Assembly: GCA_910580005.1 (NCBI GenBank)
Contig: CAJTXH010000001.1
Coordinates: 11,539-75,538 of the forward strand
Direction: 5' to 3'
DNA from: an uncultured Lachnospiraceae bacterium
GTDB lineage: Bacteria > Bacillota > Clostridia > Lachnospirales > Lachnospiraceae
DNA length: 64,000 bases
Each line of letters begins with the position of its first letter. Position 1 is the stretch's first letter. Of the stretch, positions 1-10,319 are shown in pieces. Below the pieces are notes generated by a model that saw nothing but the letters and a program-made list of their open reading frames with translations, ran no database searches and had not been told where the DNA came from. The translations under genes were made by a program, and so were the position numbers.

Positions 1-63
1 GCTAATGGCAGAAAAGTTTTATCTAACAGGAGAGCAAAAGGAAGACATAAGTTATCCGCATAG
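1..63 (+). CDS. rpmH: 50S ribosomal protein L34, 3' end (partial)
   Basis: Frame 1 reads ANGRKVLSNRRAKGRHKLSA*, the typical L34 C-terminus, and lies directly upstream of rnpA. Confidence 0.95.
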   Translation, partial: ANGRKVLSNRRAKGRHKLSA

Positions 64-86
64 GTCGCAGTTATGTGGCCTTTTCT
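62..86 (+). terminator. Hairpin plus U-tract after rpmH (weak terminator or attenuator)
   Basis: AGGTCGCA-GTTA-TGTGGCCT stem with G-U pairs, followed by TTTCTT. Confidence 0.5.
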
Positions 87-126
87 TCTATAGTAAAAGT
101 CCCGCTTTAGCGGCAGAGGGATTATT

Positions 127-459
127 GTGTTTGTATCAATTAGAAAGAATTATGAATTTTTGAATGTATATCACCATGGTAAATCCTATGCTAATAAGTA
201 CCTGGTTATGTATATATTAGATAACCATTTGCCTGTTAATAGATTTGGTATTACTGTCAGTAAAAAAGTTGGGAATAGTGTTATTAGGCATAGGGTGACC
301 AGGTTGATAAGAGAAAGTATCAGATTGAATGAAAAACAGTTCGCCATAGGTTATGACATTGTTATAGTAGCCAGGAATACAGCCAGAGGTAAAGTGTATA
401 AAGATATTGAAAGTGCAGTCTTGCATCTTGGCAGGATTCATAAGATTGTAAAGAAATAA
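127..459 (+). CDS. rnpA: Ribonuclease P protein component
   Basis: [25 protein letters not shown] motif; rpmH-rnpA-yidD-yidC synteny. Confidence 0.95.
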   Translation: MFVSIRKNYEFLNVYHHGKSYANKYLVMYILDNHLPVNRFGITVSKKVGNSVIRHRVTRLIRESIRLNEKQFAIGYDIVIVARNTARGKVYKDIESAVLHLGRIHKIVKK

Positions 460-466
460 GGTAATT

Positions 467-679
467 ATGAAAAAAATAATGGTGTTTATTATAAATTTAT
501 ATCAGAAATTTTTATCTCCCTTAAAAGGAAGACCTGCGTGTATTTATACACCTACTTGTTCACAGTATGCCATAGAGGCACTTGAGAAGTATGGTTTTTT
601 CAAGGGGAGTTTTTTAGCTGTAAGGCGTATTTTAAGATGTCACCCTTTTGCAAGGGGCGGTTATGACCCAGTACCATAA
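467..679 (+). CDS. yidD: Membrane protein insertion efficiency factor YidD
   Basis: [11 protein letters not shown]...[15 protein letters not shown] motif. Confidence 0.95.
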   Translation: MKKIMVFIINLYQKFLSPLKGRPACIYTPTCSQYAIEALEKYGFFKGSFLAVRRILRCHPFARGGYDPVP

Positions 680-716
680 CTGTTGCTTTTAGATGGCGCA
701 GGAGGACTTTAGAACT

Positions 717-1982
717 ATGAATGTGATTTTGACAACATACCAGGGTGCAATATTAGGGCCTGTTGCGAAAGTGTTAGGGTATATTTTACAAGCATTGTAT
801 TCCTTGTTATCAAATTTTGGAATTGAGAATACAGGTATATGTATTATACTTTTTACTTTTATAGTAAATGCATTAATGCTTCCAATGCAGATTAAACAGC
901 AGAAATTTTCAAAAATGTCTGCAATTATGAATCCTGAAATACAGGAAATACAGAAGAAATATAAGAATAAAAAAGACCAGGAGTCACAACAAAAGATGTC
1001 ATTAGAAACACAGGCTGTATACCAGAAATATGGTGTAAGTCCTGCAAGTGGCTGTCTTCCAATGCTGATAACGTTTCCGATTTTATTTGCATTATACAGG
1101 GTTATTTATAATATACCTGCATATGTTCCACAGATATATGATATTTACAGCGGGCTTGCAGAACAGATACAGGCAGCAGGTATTACAGTTGAACAGCTTT
1201 CTGATATGGTTATGGCTAAGACTTATGTTATTACTGATGCAGTCCGGTCAGCAACAGAAAGCAATGATTTAAGTTATTATGTAGATGTTCTTGGACAGTT
1301 TAATGAATTAGCCTGGAAAGAACTTATGAAAAGTTATCCTGATTTGGAAAGTGTTATTACAAATGTATCAAATACATCAAAACACATTAATTCATTTTTA
1401 GGGTTAAATATTGCTGATAATCCAGGTATTAAAAGCGTAAGTATAATAATACCTGTACTTTCTGTTATAACACAGATTTTAAGTATTAAAATAAGTATGG
1501 CTGGCACTAAAGATACAATGAACCAAAATAATAATCCTACAGCAGCATCAATGAAAATGATGAATAATGTAATGCCTATTATAACTGGTCTTATGTGCTT
1601 TATGTTCCCTATAGGTGTGGGCATATACTGGATTGCAGGTAATATATTCAGGATTTTCCAGTCACTAGGAATAAATCTGTATTTTAAAAATATGGATATG
1701 GATGCAGAACTTGAAAAAAATATTGAAAAAGCAAAAAGACGCTATGAAAAGATGGGTGTTGACCCTAATAAAGCAATGCAGGAAATTGCCAAGAAAAGGA
1801 CAAGTACAATTAGTACAAATACAACAGATAGTAAAAATACAAAGGGTGATATTAGTAAGAATGTTAATAGTGTAAAGAATAGTAAAAGTAATTATAAAAC
1901 AGGCGGTAATAAAAAATATAAAGAGGGAAGCATTGCTTCATATGCTAATATGATGGCAAGGGATTCAAATGATAAAAATTAA
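717..1982 (+). CDS. yidC: YidC/Oxa1 membrane protein insertase
   Basis: PEIQEIQKKYK, GCLPMLITFPIL and GIYWIAGN motifs; GGAGG at 701-705 favours ATG 717. Confidence 0.93.
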   Translation: MNVILTTYQGAILGPVAKVLGYILQALYSLLSNFGIENTGICIILFTFIVNALMLPMQIKQQKFSKMSAIMNPEIQEIQKKYKNKKDQESQQKMSLETQAVYQKYGVSPASGCLPMLITFPILFALYRVIYNIPAYVPQIYDIYSGLAEQIQAAGITVEQLSDMVMAKTYVITDAVRSATESNDLSYYVDVLGQFNELAWKELMKSYPDLESVITNVSNTSKHINSFLGLNIADNPGIKSVSIIIPVLSVITQILSIKISMAGTKDTMNQNNNPTAASMKMMNNVMPIITGLMCFMFPIGVGIYWIAGNIFRIFQSLGINLYFKNMDMDAELEKNIEKAKRRYEKMGVDPNKAMQEIAKKRTSTISTNTTDSKNTKGDISKNVNSVKNSKSNYKTGGNKKYKEGSIASYANMMARDSNDKN

Positions 1983-2029
1983 TTGGAAAAGATAGGATTT
2001 TTTGTTTATTGGACAGAATGGAGGAGATT

Positions 2030-2842
2030 ATGTCTGAGTGGAAGGAATTTACAGCAAAAACTGTTGATGAAGCTTTGACTAATGCATTGGTGCAGCTTGA
2101 AACTACCAGTGATAAGGTTGAATATGAAATTATAGAAAAAGAAAGTCCTGGAATACTCGGGCTTTTCAGTAAGCCAGCAAAAATACGTGTAAAAGTTAAA
2201 CTTGATATTAAAGATATTGCTGTTGCTTTTCTTAACAAAGTTTTTGATGCAATGGATTTAGTAGTTGATATAAAACTGGATTATAATGAACTGGAAAACC
2301 AGATGAATGTAGACCTCAGTGGTGATGAAATGGGTATTCTTATTGGAAAGAGGGGGGCAACGCTTGATTCATTACAATATCTTTTAAGCCTTGTTATTAA
2401 TAAGAATACAGAAAATTATGTTAAAGTTAAGCTTGACACAGAAAATTACCGTGAAAGAAGAAAGGAAACTCTTGAAAACCTTGCAAGAAATCTTGCACAT
2501 AAGGTTAAACGAATACACCGTCCAGTATATCTTGAACCAATGAATCCATACGAACGGAGGGTTATACATTCTGCATTACAGAAGGATAAGTATGTTGAAA
2601 CCCATAGTGAAGGTGATGAGCCGTACCGTAAAGTTGTAATTACATTAAAACCTGGTGTTGATATAGGGTATGAGCGTAAGGGAAAATACCAGTATGGCAA
2701 CAGATATAATGGCAACAGTAGAGGAAATTACCGTAAGAGAGGTAATGATTACTACAATAATAAGAGAAATTATAATAACAGGAATGAAGAAAACCTGGAC
2801 AGTAGCATATATAATGAAAAAGCAGAAGAAGAGAATGGATAA
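2030..2842 (+). CDS. jag: Jag/EloR/KhpB RNA-binding protein (Jag-N, KH, R3H)
   Basis: LIGKRGATLDSLQYL (KH) and PMNPYERRVIH (R3H); GGAGGAG SD before ATG 2030. Confidence 0.95.
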   Translation: MSEWKEFTAKTVDEALTNALVQLETTSDKVEYEIIEKESPGILGLFSKPAKIRVKVKLDIKDIAVAFLNKVFDAMDLVVDIKLDYNELENQMNVDLSGDEMGILIGKRGATLDSLQYLLSLVINKNTENYVKVKLDTENYRERRKETLENLARNLAHKVKRIHRPVYLEPMNPYERRVIHSALQKDKYVETHSEGDEPYRKVVITLKPGVDIGYERKGKYQYGNRYNGNSRGNYRKRGNDYYNNKRNYNNRNEENLDSSIYNEKAEEENG

Positions 2843-2876
2843 GTTTTACTATTTACAGGTATGTTGTTTATAGTAA

Positions 2877-2902
2877 AGGGGCTGGTTACAGCCTCTTTTT
2901 TT
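2877..2902 (+). terminator. Intrinsic terminator after jag
   Basis: AGGGGCTG-GTTA-CAGCCTCT stem followed by a T run. Confidence 0.75.
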
Positions 2903-2928
2903 GAATTAAAAGAAAGGCGTAATGTTTT

Positions 2929-4347
2929 ATGTATAATAATACTATTGCAGGAATTGCAAGCGGGATGGGCGGAGGAATAGGAATAATACGTATTAGTGGA
3001 GACAAAGCGTTAGAAGCTGCAGGAAAAATTTTCCGGACTAAAAGTTTTATAGATAAGAAACTTGGAAAAGTTAAAAAAGATATTGAATGGAATTTTAATT
3101 ATTTTAATAATAAAAAAACACATACAATAAATTATGGCTTTATTACAGATGGTGATGATATTGTAGATGAGGTTATGGTACTTTTAATGAAAGCACCTAA
3201 CAGTTATACTAAAGAAGATGTGGTAGAAATTGATGCACATGGAGGACCTTTTGTTGTAAGAAATATATTAGAATTATTATTTAAAAATGGCGTTAAGCCA
3301 GCAGAACCAGGTGAATTTACAAAAAGGGCATTTTTAAATGGAAGAATAGATTTATCACAAGCAGAAGCGGTTATGAAAATAATATCTTCCAAAAGCAGTT
3401 TTGCTTTAAATAGTGCAGTTAAGCAGTTAGAGGGAAGTGTATCAGTATATATTGGGGAAATAAGGCAGGGAATACTAAGAAATATAAGCCAGATAGAAGC
3501 AGCACTTGATGACCCTGAACATTATGATTTAGATAAATATACAGACAGCATATTAAAAGATATGGAAGAGGAGATTAATAAATTACAGGGATTGCTGGAA
3601 CGTTTTAATGATGGGCGGATTAAATCAGAGGGAATTAATACAGTTATTGCAGGAAAGCCAAATGCAGGAAAATCTTCTCTCATGAATCTCCTGTTAGATG
3701 AAGAAAGGGCAATAGTTACAAATGTTGCTGGAACGACACGTGATATAATAGAAGAAACTGTTTATCTTGATAATATTGTTTTAAACCTGGCAGATACAGC
3801 TGGAATACATGAAACTGATGATATTGTAGAAAATGCTGGTGTTGGCAAAGCAATAGATTATCTTGGAAATGCTGATTTTGTGATTTATGTTGTTGATTCT
3901 AGTGTTCCGCTTGATGAAGCAGATTTACAGATTATAGAATTGCTTAAAGGAAAAAGGGGAGTAGTATTAATGAATAAATCAGATTTAGAGGTAAAATTAA
4001 CAGAGGAAGAAATAAAGTCAAAACTAGACTGGGATTGTATTGTATTTTCTAATGAAACAAAACGAGGACTGGACAAATTAAGTGAATATATTAAAAATTC
4101 ATTTTTAAATGGAGATATTACATTTAATGACCAGGTGTACTTAACAGATATACGCCATAAAGAAGCTGTAGAAGATGCAGTTTCCAGTCTTATGCAGGCA
4201 GTTGGTACAATGAAAGCAGGTTTACCGGAAGATTTTGTTACTATAGATATGATGGATGCATATATAAAACTTGGACTTATAAATGGGGAAACTGCTTCAG
4301 AAGATTTAGTAAATAAGATATTTAAAGAATTCTGTATGGGCAAATAG
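2929..4347 (+). CDS. mnmE: tRNA modification GTPase MnmE/TrmE
   Basis: GKPNAGKSS, GTTRD, DTAG and NKSD motifs; C-terminal FCMGK. Confidence 0.97.
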   Translation: MYNNTIAGIASGMGGGIGIIRISGDKALEAAGKIFRTKSFIDKKLGKVKKDIEWNFNYFNNKKTHTINYGFITDGDDIVDEVMVLLMKAPNSYTKEDVVEIDAHGGPFVVRNILELLFKNGVKPAEPGEFTKRAFLNGRIDLSQAEAVMKIISSKSSFALNSAVKQLEGSVSVYIGEIRQGILRNISQIEAALDDPEHYDLDKYTDSILKDMEEEINKLQGLLERFNDGRIKSEGINTVIAGKPNAGKSSLMNLLLDEERAIVTNVAGTTRDIIEETVYLDNIVLNLADTAGIHETDDIVENAGVGKAIDYLGNADFVIYVVDSSVPLDEADLQIIELLKGKRGVVLMNKSDLEVKLTEEEIKSKLDWDCIVFSNETKRGLDKLSEYIKNSFLNGDITFNDQVYLTDIRHKEAVEDAVSSLMQAVGTMKAGLPEDFVTIDMMDAYIKLGLINGETASEDLVNKIFKEFCMGK

Positions 4348-4380
4348 AGTAATGTTAATTTCAGATTGGAGGTTAAAAAT

Positions 4381-6270
4381 ATGTCTTATACATATGAACC
4401 GTATGATGTTGTTGTCATTGGTGCAGGACATGCAGGATGCGAAGCGGCATTGGCAACAGCAAGGCTTGGTTTGAAAACTTTAGTTTTCACTATTAGTATA
4501 GACAGCATTGCAATGATGCCATGTAATCCTAATGTTGGTGGGAGTTCAAAGGGACATCTTGTACGTGAAGTAGATGCACTGGGTGGGGAGATGGGAAAAA
4601 ATATTGACAAGACTTTTATCCAGACAAAAATGCTTAATTTGTCTAAAGGCCCAGCAGTACATTCATTAAGGGCACAGGCAGATAAAAAAGATTACAGCAG
4701 GGCAATGAGAAGAGTTTTAGAAAATACAGATAACCTTGTTATAAAACAGGGAGAGATTTCAGAAGTAATTGTACAGAATGGCAGGGTTACAGGAGTACGT
4801 ACTGTTTCGGATGCAGTTTATCCTTGTAAAGCAGCAATAATGTGTACTGGAACTTATCTTAAAGCCAGATGCATATATGGTGATGTAAGCCAGCATACTG
4901 GTCCAAATGGGCTTGCCGCCGCAAATCATCTGACAGCATGTCTTATAAAACTTGGTATAGATGTAAGAAGATTTAAAACAGGCACTCCTGCAAGAATTGA
5001 TAAAAGGACAATTGATTTTTCTAAAATGTCAGAACAGAAAGGCGACAGTAATATTGTACCTTTTTCATTTACAAATACACCAGAAGAACTAGAACGTGAA
5101 CAGGTTTCTTGCTGGCTGACTTATACTAATAGTGAAACGCATAAAATAATAATGGATAATATAGACAGGTCTCCGTTATATTCAGGAAATATAAAAGGTA
5201 CAGGTCCAAGATACTGTCCGTCTATTGAGGATAAAGTAGTAAGATTTGCTGATAAAGAAAGACACCAGGTTTTTATTGAACCGGAGGGAAATTATACTAA
5301 TGAAATGTATGTAGGTGGAATGTCAAGTTCACTTCCAGAAGATGTACAGTACAGGATGTACCATTCAGTGCCAGGGCTTGAAAATGCTACTATAGTTAGA
5401 AATGCTTATGCTATAGAATATGACTGTATTAATCCTGTACAGTTAAAGGCCACTCTTGAGTTTAAAAAAATCAGTGGGTTTTATAGTGCAGGGCAGTCAA
5501 ATGGAAGTTCAGGATATGAAGAAGCCGCTGCACAGGGAATAATTGCTGGAATTAATGCTGCTATGAAAATTCTTGGAAGAGAGGAAGTAGTATTGGACAG
5601 GTCACAGGCTTATATAGGTGTGCTTATAGATGACCTTATAACAAAAGGTACAAATGAACCATACCGGATGATGACTTCAAGAGCAGAATACAGGCTGCTT
5701 TTAAGGCAGGATAATGCAGATTTGCGCCTTACTAAAATTGGGTATAAAATTGGGCTTGTTAATATTAGCAGGTATAACAAATTATTAGAAAAAGAAAGGC
5801 TTATAAAACAAGAAACAGAAAGAATTAAAAACCTGAATATAGGATTAAAAGATGATATACAAAAGATACTTGATGAAAATGGCAGTACATTATTACAATC
5901 AGGGGTGACAATGGCGGAGCTTATAAAAAGACCAGAACTTTCATATGAAAAATTAGAACCAGTTGATAAAGACAGGCCGGAACTTCCTGCCGATGTAAAA
6001 GAACAGGTAAATATTGCTGTTAAATATGAAGGATATATTGACAGGCAATTAAGACAGGTTGAACAATTTAAAAAACTTGAAAATAAAAAAATTCCGACGG
6101 ATATTAATTATGATGAAGTATACAGCCTTAGATTAGAAGCATTACAAAAGTTAAAAGAATTAAGACCAGCTTCAGTTGGACAAGCTTCAAGAATTTCTGG
6201 TGTATCACCGGCTGATATTTCTGTTTTATTAGTATATCTTGAAAAAACTAGGATTGGAGAAATATATTGA
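4381..6270 (+). CDS. mnmG: tRNA uridine 5-carboxymethylaminomethyl modification enzyme MnmG/GidA
   Basis: [28 protein letters not shown] and [14 protein letters not shown] motifs; GGAGG SD precedes ATG 4381. Confidence 0.97.
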   Translation: MSYTYEPYDVVVIGAGHAGCEAALATARLGLKTLVFTISIDSIAMMPCNPNVGGSSKGHLVREVDALGGEMGKNIDKTFIQTKMLNLSKGPAVHSLRAQADKKDYSRAMRRVLENTDNLVIKQGEISEVIVQNGRVTGVRTVSDAVYPCKAAIMCTGTYLKARCIYGDVSQHTGPNGLAAANHLTACLIKLGIDVRRFKTGTPARIDKRTIDFSKMSEQKGDSNIVPFSFTNTPEELEREQVSCWLTYTNSETHKIIMDNIDRSPLYSGNIKGTGPRYCPSIEDKVVRFADKERHQVFIEPEGNYTNEMYVGGMSSSLPEDVQYRMYHSVPGLENATIVRNAYAIEYDCINPVQLKATLEFKKISGFYSAGQSNGSSGYEEAAAQGIIAGINAAMKILGREEVVLDRSQAYIGVLIDDLITKGTNEPYRMMTSRAEYRLLLRQDNADLRLTKIGYKIGLVNISRYNKLLEKERLIKQETERIKNLNIGLKDDIQKILDENGSTLLQSGVTMAELIKRPELSYEKLEPVDKDRPELPADVKEQVNIAVKYEGYIDRQLRQVEQFKKLENKKIPTDINYDEVYSLRLEALQKLKELRPASVGQASRISGVSPADISVLLVYLEKTRIGEIY

Positions 6271-6974
6271 AAGAATTATTATATAATATTGCCAAAAAAG
6301 CTGGAATAAATTTAAGTGATATACAACTTGAAAAATTCCAGATATATTATGAATTGTTAATTGAGACGAATAAAGTGATGAATCTTACAGCTATAACGGA
6401 AGAACATGATGTAATAAATAAACATTTTATAGATAGCATTACATTAGGAAAGTATATTAGTTTAAACGGTGGGAGAGTAATAGATGTTGGTACTGGTGCA
6501 GGATTTCCAGGAATACCATTAGCAATAATAAATAGTGATATACATTTTACGTTAATAGATTCTCTTAATAAACGCATAAATTTTATTAATACAGTTATAG
6601 ATAGATGCCAGTTAAGTAATATAGATACAGTGCATAGCCGTGCAGAGGATTTAGGACATAATGATAAATATAGGGAGAAATATGATTTCTGTGTATCAAG
6701 GGCTGTAGCCAATATGTCTGTTTTACTTGAATATTGTATACCGTTTATAAAGACTGGTGGAAAGTTTATTTCATATAAAGCAGGGAATACAGAGGATGAA
6801 GTAAAACAGTCAGCTAGTGCCCAGCAGAAGCTTGGATGTAAATTTATACAATTATATAGTTTTAAATTACCAGGTACAGATATTCTAAGAAAACTATATG
6901 TATTTGAAAAATATAGAAAACTTGGGAAATCTTATCCAAGACAGGCAGGCAAACCTAAAAAAAATCCTTTGTGA
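6267..6974 (+). CDS. rsmG: 16S rRNA m7G527 methyltransferase RsmG/GidB
   Basis: [20 protein letters not shown] and SRAV motifs; 4-nt overlap with mnmG. Confidence 0.95.
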   Translation: MKELLYNIAKKAGINLSDIQLEKFQIYYELLIETNKVMNLTAITEEHDVINKHFIDSITLGKYISLNGGRVIDVGTGAGFPGIPLAIINSDIHFTLIDSLNKRINFINTVIDRCQLSNIDTVHSRAEDLGHNDKYREKYDFCVSRAVANMSVLLEYCIPFIKTGGKFISYKAGNTEDEVKQSASAQQKLGCKFIQLYSFKLPGTDILRKLYVFEKYRKLGKSYPRQAGKPKKNPL

Positions 6975-6982
6975 AACAAAAA

Positions 6983-6998
6983 TGTTTCACGTGAAACA
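6983..6998. promoter_or_regulatory. parS: parS centromere site 1
   Basis: Exact TGTTTCACGTGAAACA, within a 28-bp perfect palindrome at 6977-7004. Confidence 0.95.
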
Positions 6999-7038
6999 TT
7001 TTTGATATTTGTAAAACATATTTACAAACAGAACAATT

Positions 7039-7068
7039 AAAATCCCACTATGTGGGATTTTTTGTTTT
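7039..7068 (+). terminator. Intrinsic terminator after rsmG
   Basis: AAAATCCCAC-TAT-GTGGGATTTT followed by TTGTTTT. Confidence 0.7.
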
Positions 7069-7109
7069 AAAAAATTTATAATTTTTCTATGGAAGCTGGG
7101 TAGCTATAG

Positions 7110-7118
7110 TGATATAAT
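7110..7118 (+). promoter_or_regulatory. Extended -10 element, probable soj-spo0J promoter
   Basis: TGATATAAT (TGn-TATAAT) 62 bp upstream of the soj ATG. Confidence 0.55.
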
Positions 7119-7145
7119 TAAATAAGAATTACTATATTATATAAA

Positions 7146-7161
7146 TGTTTCACGTGAAACA
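7146..7161. promoter_or_regulatory. parS: parS centromere site 2
   Basis: Exact TGTTTCACGTGAAACA, 19 bp upstream of the soj start. Confidence 0.95.
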
Positions 7162-7180
7162 TTGTGAAAGGATAAAAAAT

Positions 7181-7954
7181 ATGAGTAGAGTAATAGCGGT
7201 ATCTAATCAAAAAGGTGGCGTTGGTAAAACAACCACTGCTATTAATTTATCAGCGTGTTTAGCTGAGAGAGGAAAAAAAGTACTTGTTATTGATATGGAT
7301 CCACAAGGTAATACAACAAGTGGGCTTGGAATTAATAAGGAAAAAATTGAACATACAAGTTATGAAATTCTTTTGGAAGAAATAGGAATTGAAGAAGCAA
7401 TTACTCCATCAGTAGTAAAAGATTTAGCAGTAATTCCATCTGAAAGAGGACTTGTAGGTGTGGATGTTGAATTGATTGGCAAAAATAACAGGGAGTATAT
7501 TTTAAAGAACCAGGTTGATAAAATCAGAAATAAGTATGATTTTATTCTGATAGATTGCCCTCCTTCATTAAATACTTTAACTGTCAATGCCATGACAACT
7601 GCTGATACAGTATTAGTTCCAATACAGTGTGAATACTATGCCCTTGAGGGTCTAAGTGAGCTTATGTATACTATAGAGCTTGTCAAGAAAAGGTTAAATT
7701 CAAAACTTGAAATCGAAGGTGTTGTATTTACTATGTATGATGCAAGGACTTGCCTTTCTTTACAGGTAGTTGAAAATGTAAAGGATAACCTCCATCAAAA
7801 TATTTATAAAAGTATAATACCAAGAAATGTAAGGCTTGCAGAAGCACCTAGCCACGGACTGCCAATTAATATTTATGAGCCTAAGTCTTCAGGGGCAGAG
7901 GGGTATAGGGCCTTGGCTGAAGAGGTTATTGAAAGGGGCAATGAATTAGAATAG
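7181..7954 (+). CDS. soj: Chromosome partitioning ATPase Soj/ParA
   Basis: NQKGGVGKTTT, DMDPQGN, DCPPSL and IPRNVRLAEAPSHG motifs. Confidence 0.96.
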   Translation: MSRVIAVSNQKGGVGKTTTAINLSACLAERGKKVLVIDMDPQGNTTSGLGINKEKIEHTSYEILLEEIGIEEAITPSVVKDLAVIPSERGLVGVDVELIGKNNREYILKNQVDKIRNKYDFILIDCPPSLNTLTVNAMTTADTVLVPIQCEYYALEGLSELMYTIELVKKRLNSKLEIEGVVFTMYDARTCLSLQVVENVKDNLHQNIYKSIIPRNVRLAEAPSHGLPINIYEPKSSGAEGYRALAEEVIERGNELE

Positions 7955-7994
7955 CGGTAAAGTTAATATATGCAACGCAGAAATGAGGTAAATT

Positions 7995-8933
7995 ATGTCT
8001 AAAAGAGGATTGGGGAAAGGTCTTGATGCATTAATTCCAGAAACGGAAAATAGTGCAAAAAAAAGTTCAGATGTAAATGAGCAAGAACAGGTTAAAGAAG
8101 TAGTAAAGGAAGTTGTTAAAGAAATTATAAAGGAAGTAGAAACAGTAGATATAAATAAAATAGAGCCTAATACTAACCAGCCAAGAAAAGCTTTTGATGA
8201 AGATTCTATGCAGGAACTTGCTGACTCAATAAGGCAGCATGGGCTTATTGAACCACTAATTGTTAAAAAAGTTAATGAAGATTTTTATAGCATAATAGCA
8301 GGTGAAAGAAGATGGCGGGCAGCAAGAATGGCTGGGTTAAAAGATATACCTGTAATTGAAAAAGATTATAACAGCCAGCAGATAATGGAAATAGCTTTAA
8401 TAGAAAATTTACAGCGTGAGGATTTAAATCCTATTGAAGAAGCAGAAGCTTTTAAAAGACTCATTGATGAATTTCATCTTAAGCAGGATGAAGTGGCAGA
8501 AAAAGTATGTAAAAGCAGAGTTGCAGTTACAAATTCATTACGTTTGTTAAAACTTGACAGCAGGGTAAGAGAAATGATAATAGAAGATAAAATCAAAAGT
8601 GGACATGCCAGGTCATTGTTAGCTATTGAAGATGGTAATGAACAATATAATGCTGCTATAAAAGTATTTGATGAAAAATTAAGTGTGCGTGAAACAGAAC
8701 GCTTAGTTAAGATGATTATTAATGCAAAGGAAGAAAAGAAAAAGGCAGAGCCAGAGGAGGAGAATAAACAGGAAGAATTAATATTTAAGAAATATGAAGA
8801 AAAATTAAAACTTGTAATGGGTACAAAAGTAAATATAAACCGTAAGTCAGGTGGAAAGGGAAAAATAGAAATTGAATATTATTCTCCTGATGAATTTGAA
8901 AGATTAATTGAAATTATGTCAAATATTAATTAA
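7995..8933 (+). CDS. spo0J: Chromosome partitioning protein Spo0J/ParB
   Basis: KRGLGKGLDALI N-terminal peptide, NQPRK, IIAGERRWRAA and ENLQREDL. Confidence 0.96.
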   Translation: MSKRGLGKGLDALIPETENSAKKSSDVNEQEQVKEVVKEVVKEIIKEVETVDINKIEPNTNQPRKAFDEDSMQELADSIRQHGLIEPLIVKKVNEDFYSIIAGERRWRAARMAGLKDIPVIEKDYNSQQIMEIALIENLQREDLNPIEEAEAFKRLIDEFHLKQDEVAEKVCKSRVAVTNSLRLLKLDSRVREMIIEDKIKSGHARSLLAIEDGNEQYNAAIKVFDEKLSVRETERLVKMIINAKEEKKKAEPEEENKQEELIFKKYEEKLKLVMGTKVNINRKSGGKGKIEIEYYSPDEFERLIEIMSNIN

Positions 8934-8979
8934 TAAATTGTACATAATATTAACAGAAGAAAGGCTGGCGTAGATAAAT

Positions 8980-9513
8980 ATGGAGTTACTAAATTCATTT
9001 GGAATTGATATTGGATATGCAATTATAGGAATGGCAGTTATAAATTTGTTTCTTTTTATACTAGTTATAATAAGTATGGTGAAAATCCGTAGTATGCGTG
9101 TGAGATATAACCAGTTTATGGAAGGGGAGGATGGTAAAAATCTTGAAAAGGCACTATTAGATAAATTTGAGGCTATTGATATGTTAAATAATAATGTAAG
9201 TGATATTAGCATACAAATTAAAGAAATAAATAAAATTCTTGCAACAACATATAAGAAAATTGCCTTAGTAAAGTATGATGCATTCCAGGAAATTGGAGGC
9301 AAGTTAAGTTTTGTTTTAGTTATGCTTACTTCAGAAGACAACGGATTTATTTTAAATTCTATGCATAGTTCGAGAGAGGGATGTTATACTTATGCAAAAG
9401 AGGTAATAAATGGCGAAACATTTGTTACTTTGTCAGAAGAAGAACAACAGGCACTTAATGAAGCGAAACAGAATGTAGGAATAAGCAAAATTAAAGACAG
9501 AGTAGAAGTGTAA
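8980..9513 (+). CDS. DUF4446-like membrane-anchored protein
   Basis: N-terminal TM; VKYDAFQEIGGKLSF and YTYAK...LSEEE motifs; usual position after parB in Clostridia. Confidence 0.75.
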   Translation: MELLNSFGIDIGYAIIGMAVINLFLFILVIISMVKIRSMRVRYNQFMEGEDGKNLEKALLDKFEAIDMLNNNVSDISIQIKEINKILATTYKKIALVKYDAFQEIGGKLSFVLVMLTSEDNGFILNSMHSSREGCYTYAKEVINGETFVTLSEEEQQALNEAKQNVGISKIKDRVEV

Positions 9514-9522
9514 AAGTAAAAG

Positions 9523-9555
9523 ACAAGCCTGCAGCTTAAATAATTGCAGGCTTGT
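9523..9555. terminator. Bidirectional terminator
   Basis: ACAAGCCTGCA / TGCAGGCTTGT perfect 11-bp inverted repeat between convergent genes. Confidence 0.8.
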
Positions 9556-9565
9556 TTGTATATTT

Positions 9566-10291
9566 TTATTCAGTTACTATTGAACCATATAAAGGTTTTA
9601 AAGAATTAGAAATAGAATCAATATTTACATCAATATCATCAATTACAGTGCCACCATTGAAATCTTTATGATAGTTCTGTACGCTTTCATTTATTGACAG
9701 CATTTTTTGGTCAAGAAATGAGATAATATTGGCACATTCCCGAAGTTCATCTCTTATTCCTTCAGGTGCTTTTCCTTCAAACTTATAATAAATTTTGTGC
9801 TCAAGGCTAGCCCAGAAATCCATAGCGATTGTCCTTATTTGTATTTCTACTTTTGTATCAATAACATCATTTGATAAAAAAATTGGCACAGAAACAATCA
9901 TATGGTAGCTAGTATATCCATTTGGTTTTGGATTCGCCAGGTAATCTTTAATTTTTAAAACTGTTACATCATTTTGTTTTGTTATTGCATCAGCTATACG
10001 GTAGATATCAGATGTAAAAGAGCATATAATCCTTACACCTGCTACATCATTAATATATCTTATAATATTTTCTACAGTAAGTTCTTTTTGTTTTATGCGC
10101 ATCTTCCTTGCAATGCTTTGTGCAGATTTAAGGCGGGAAGTTATATGCTCTATTGGATTATACTGGTGTGCAAGCTTGAATTCATTATTTAAAATTTCAA
10201 GTTTAGTTGAAATTTCTTTAAGTGCTGAATTATATAAAAGCAATGCTTTGCTCCATTCTTCTTCCTCATCATAGTATATTAACTGTTCCAT
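9566..10291 (-). CDS. Small alarmone synthetase (RelA/SpoT synthetase domain, RelP/RelQ-like)
   Basis: SRLKS, DVAGVRII, GYTSYH and EIQIRT motifs; GGAGG SD before ATG 10291. Confidence 0.9.
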   Translation of the reverse strand: MEQLIYYDEEEEWSKALLLYNSALKEISTKLEILNNEFKLAHQYNPIEHITSRLKSAQSIARKMRIKQKELTVENIIRYINDVAGVRIICSFTSDIYRIADAITKQNDVTVLKIKDYLANPKPNGYTSYHMIVSVPIFLSNDVIDTKVEIQIRTIAMDFWASLEHKIYYKFEGKAPEGIRDELRECANIISFLDQKMLSINESVQNYHKDFNGGTVIDDIDVNIDSISNSLKPLYGSIVTE

Positions 10292-10319
10292 TTTATCCTC
10301 CCTTACTGTTATACAGATT

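Noticed and set aside
7145..7180. N-terminal extension MFHVKHCERIKN of Soj in the ORF track
   Set aside because: MFHVKH is simply the translation of the parS palindrome; the ParA fold begins at ATG 7181.
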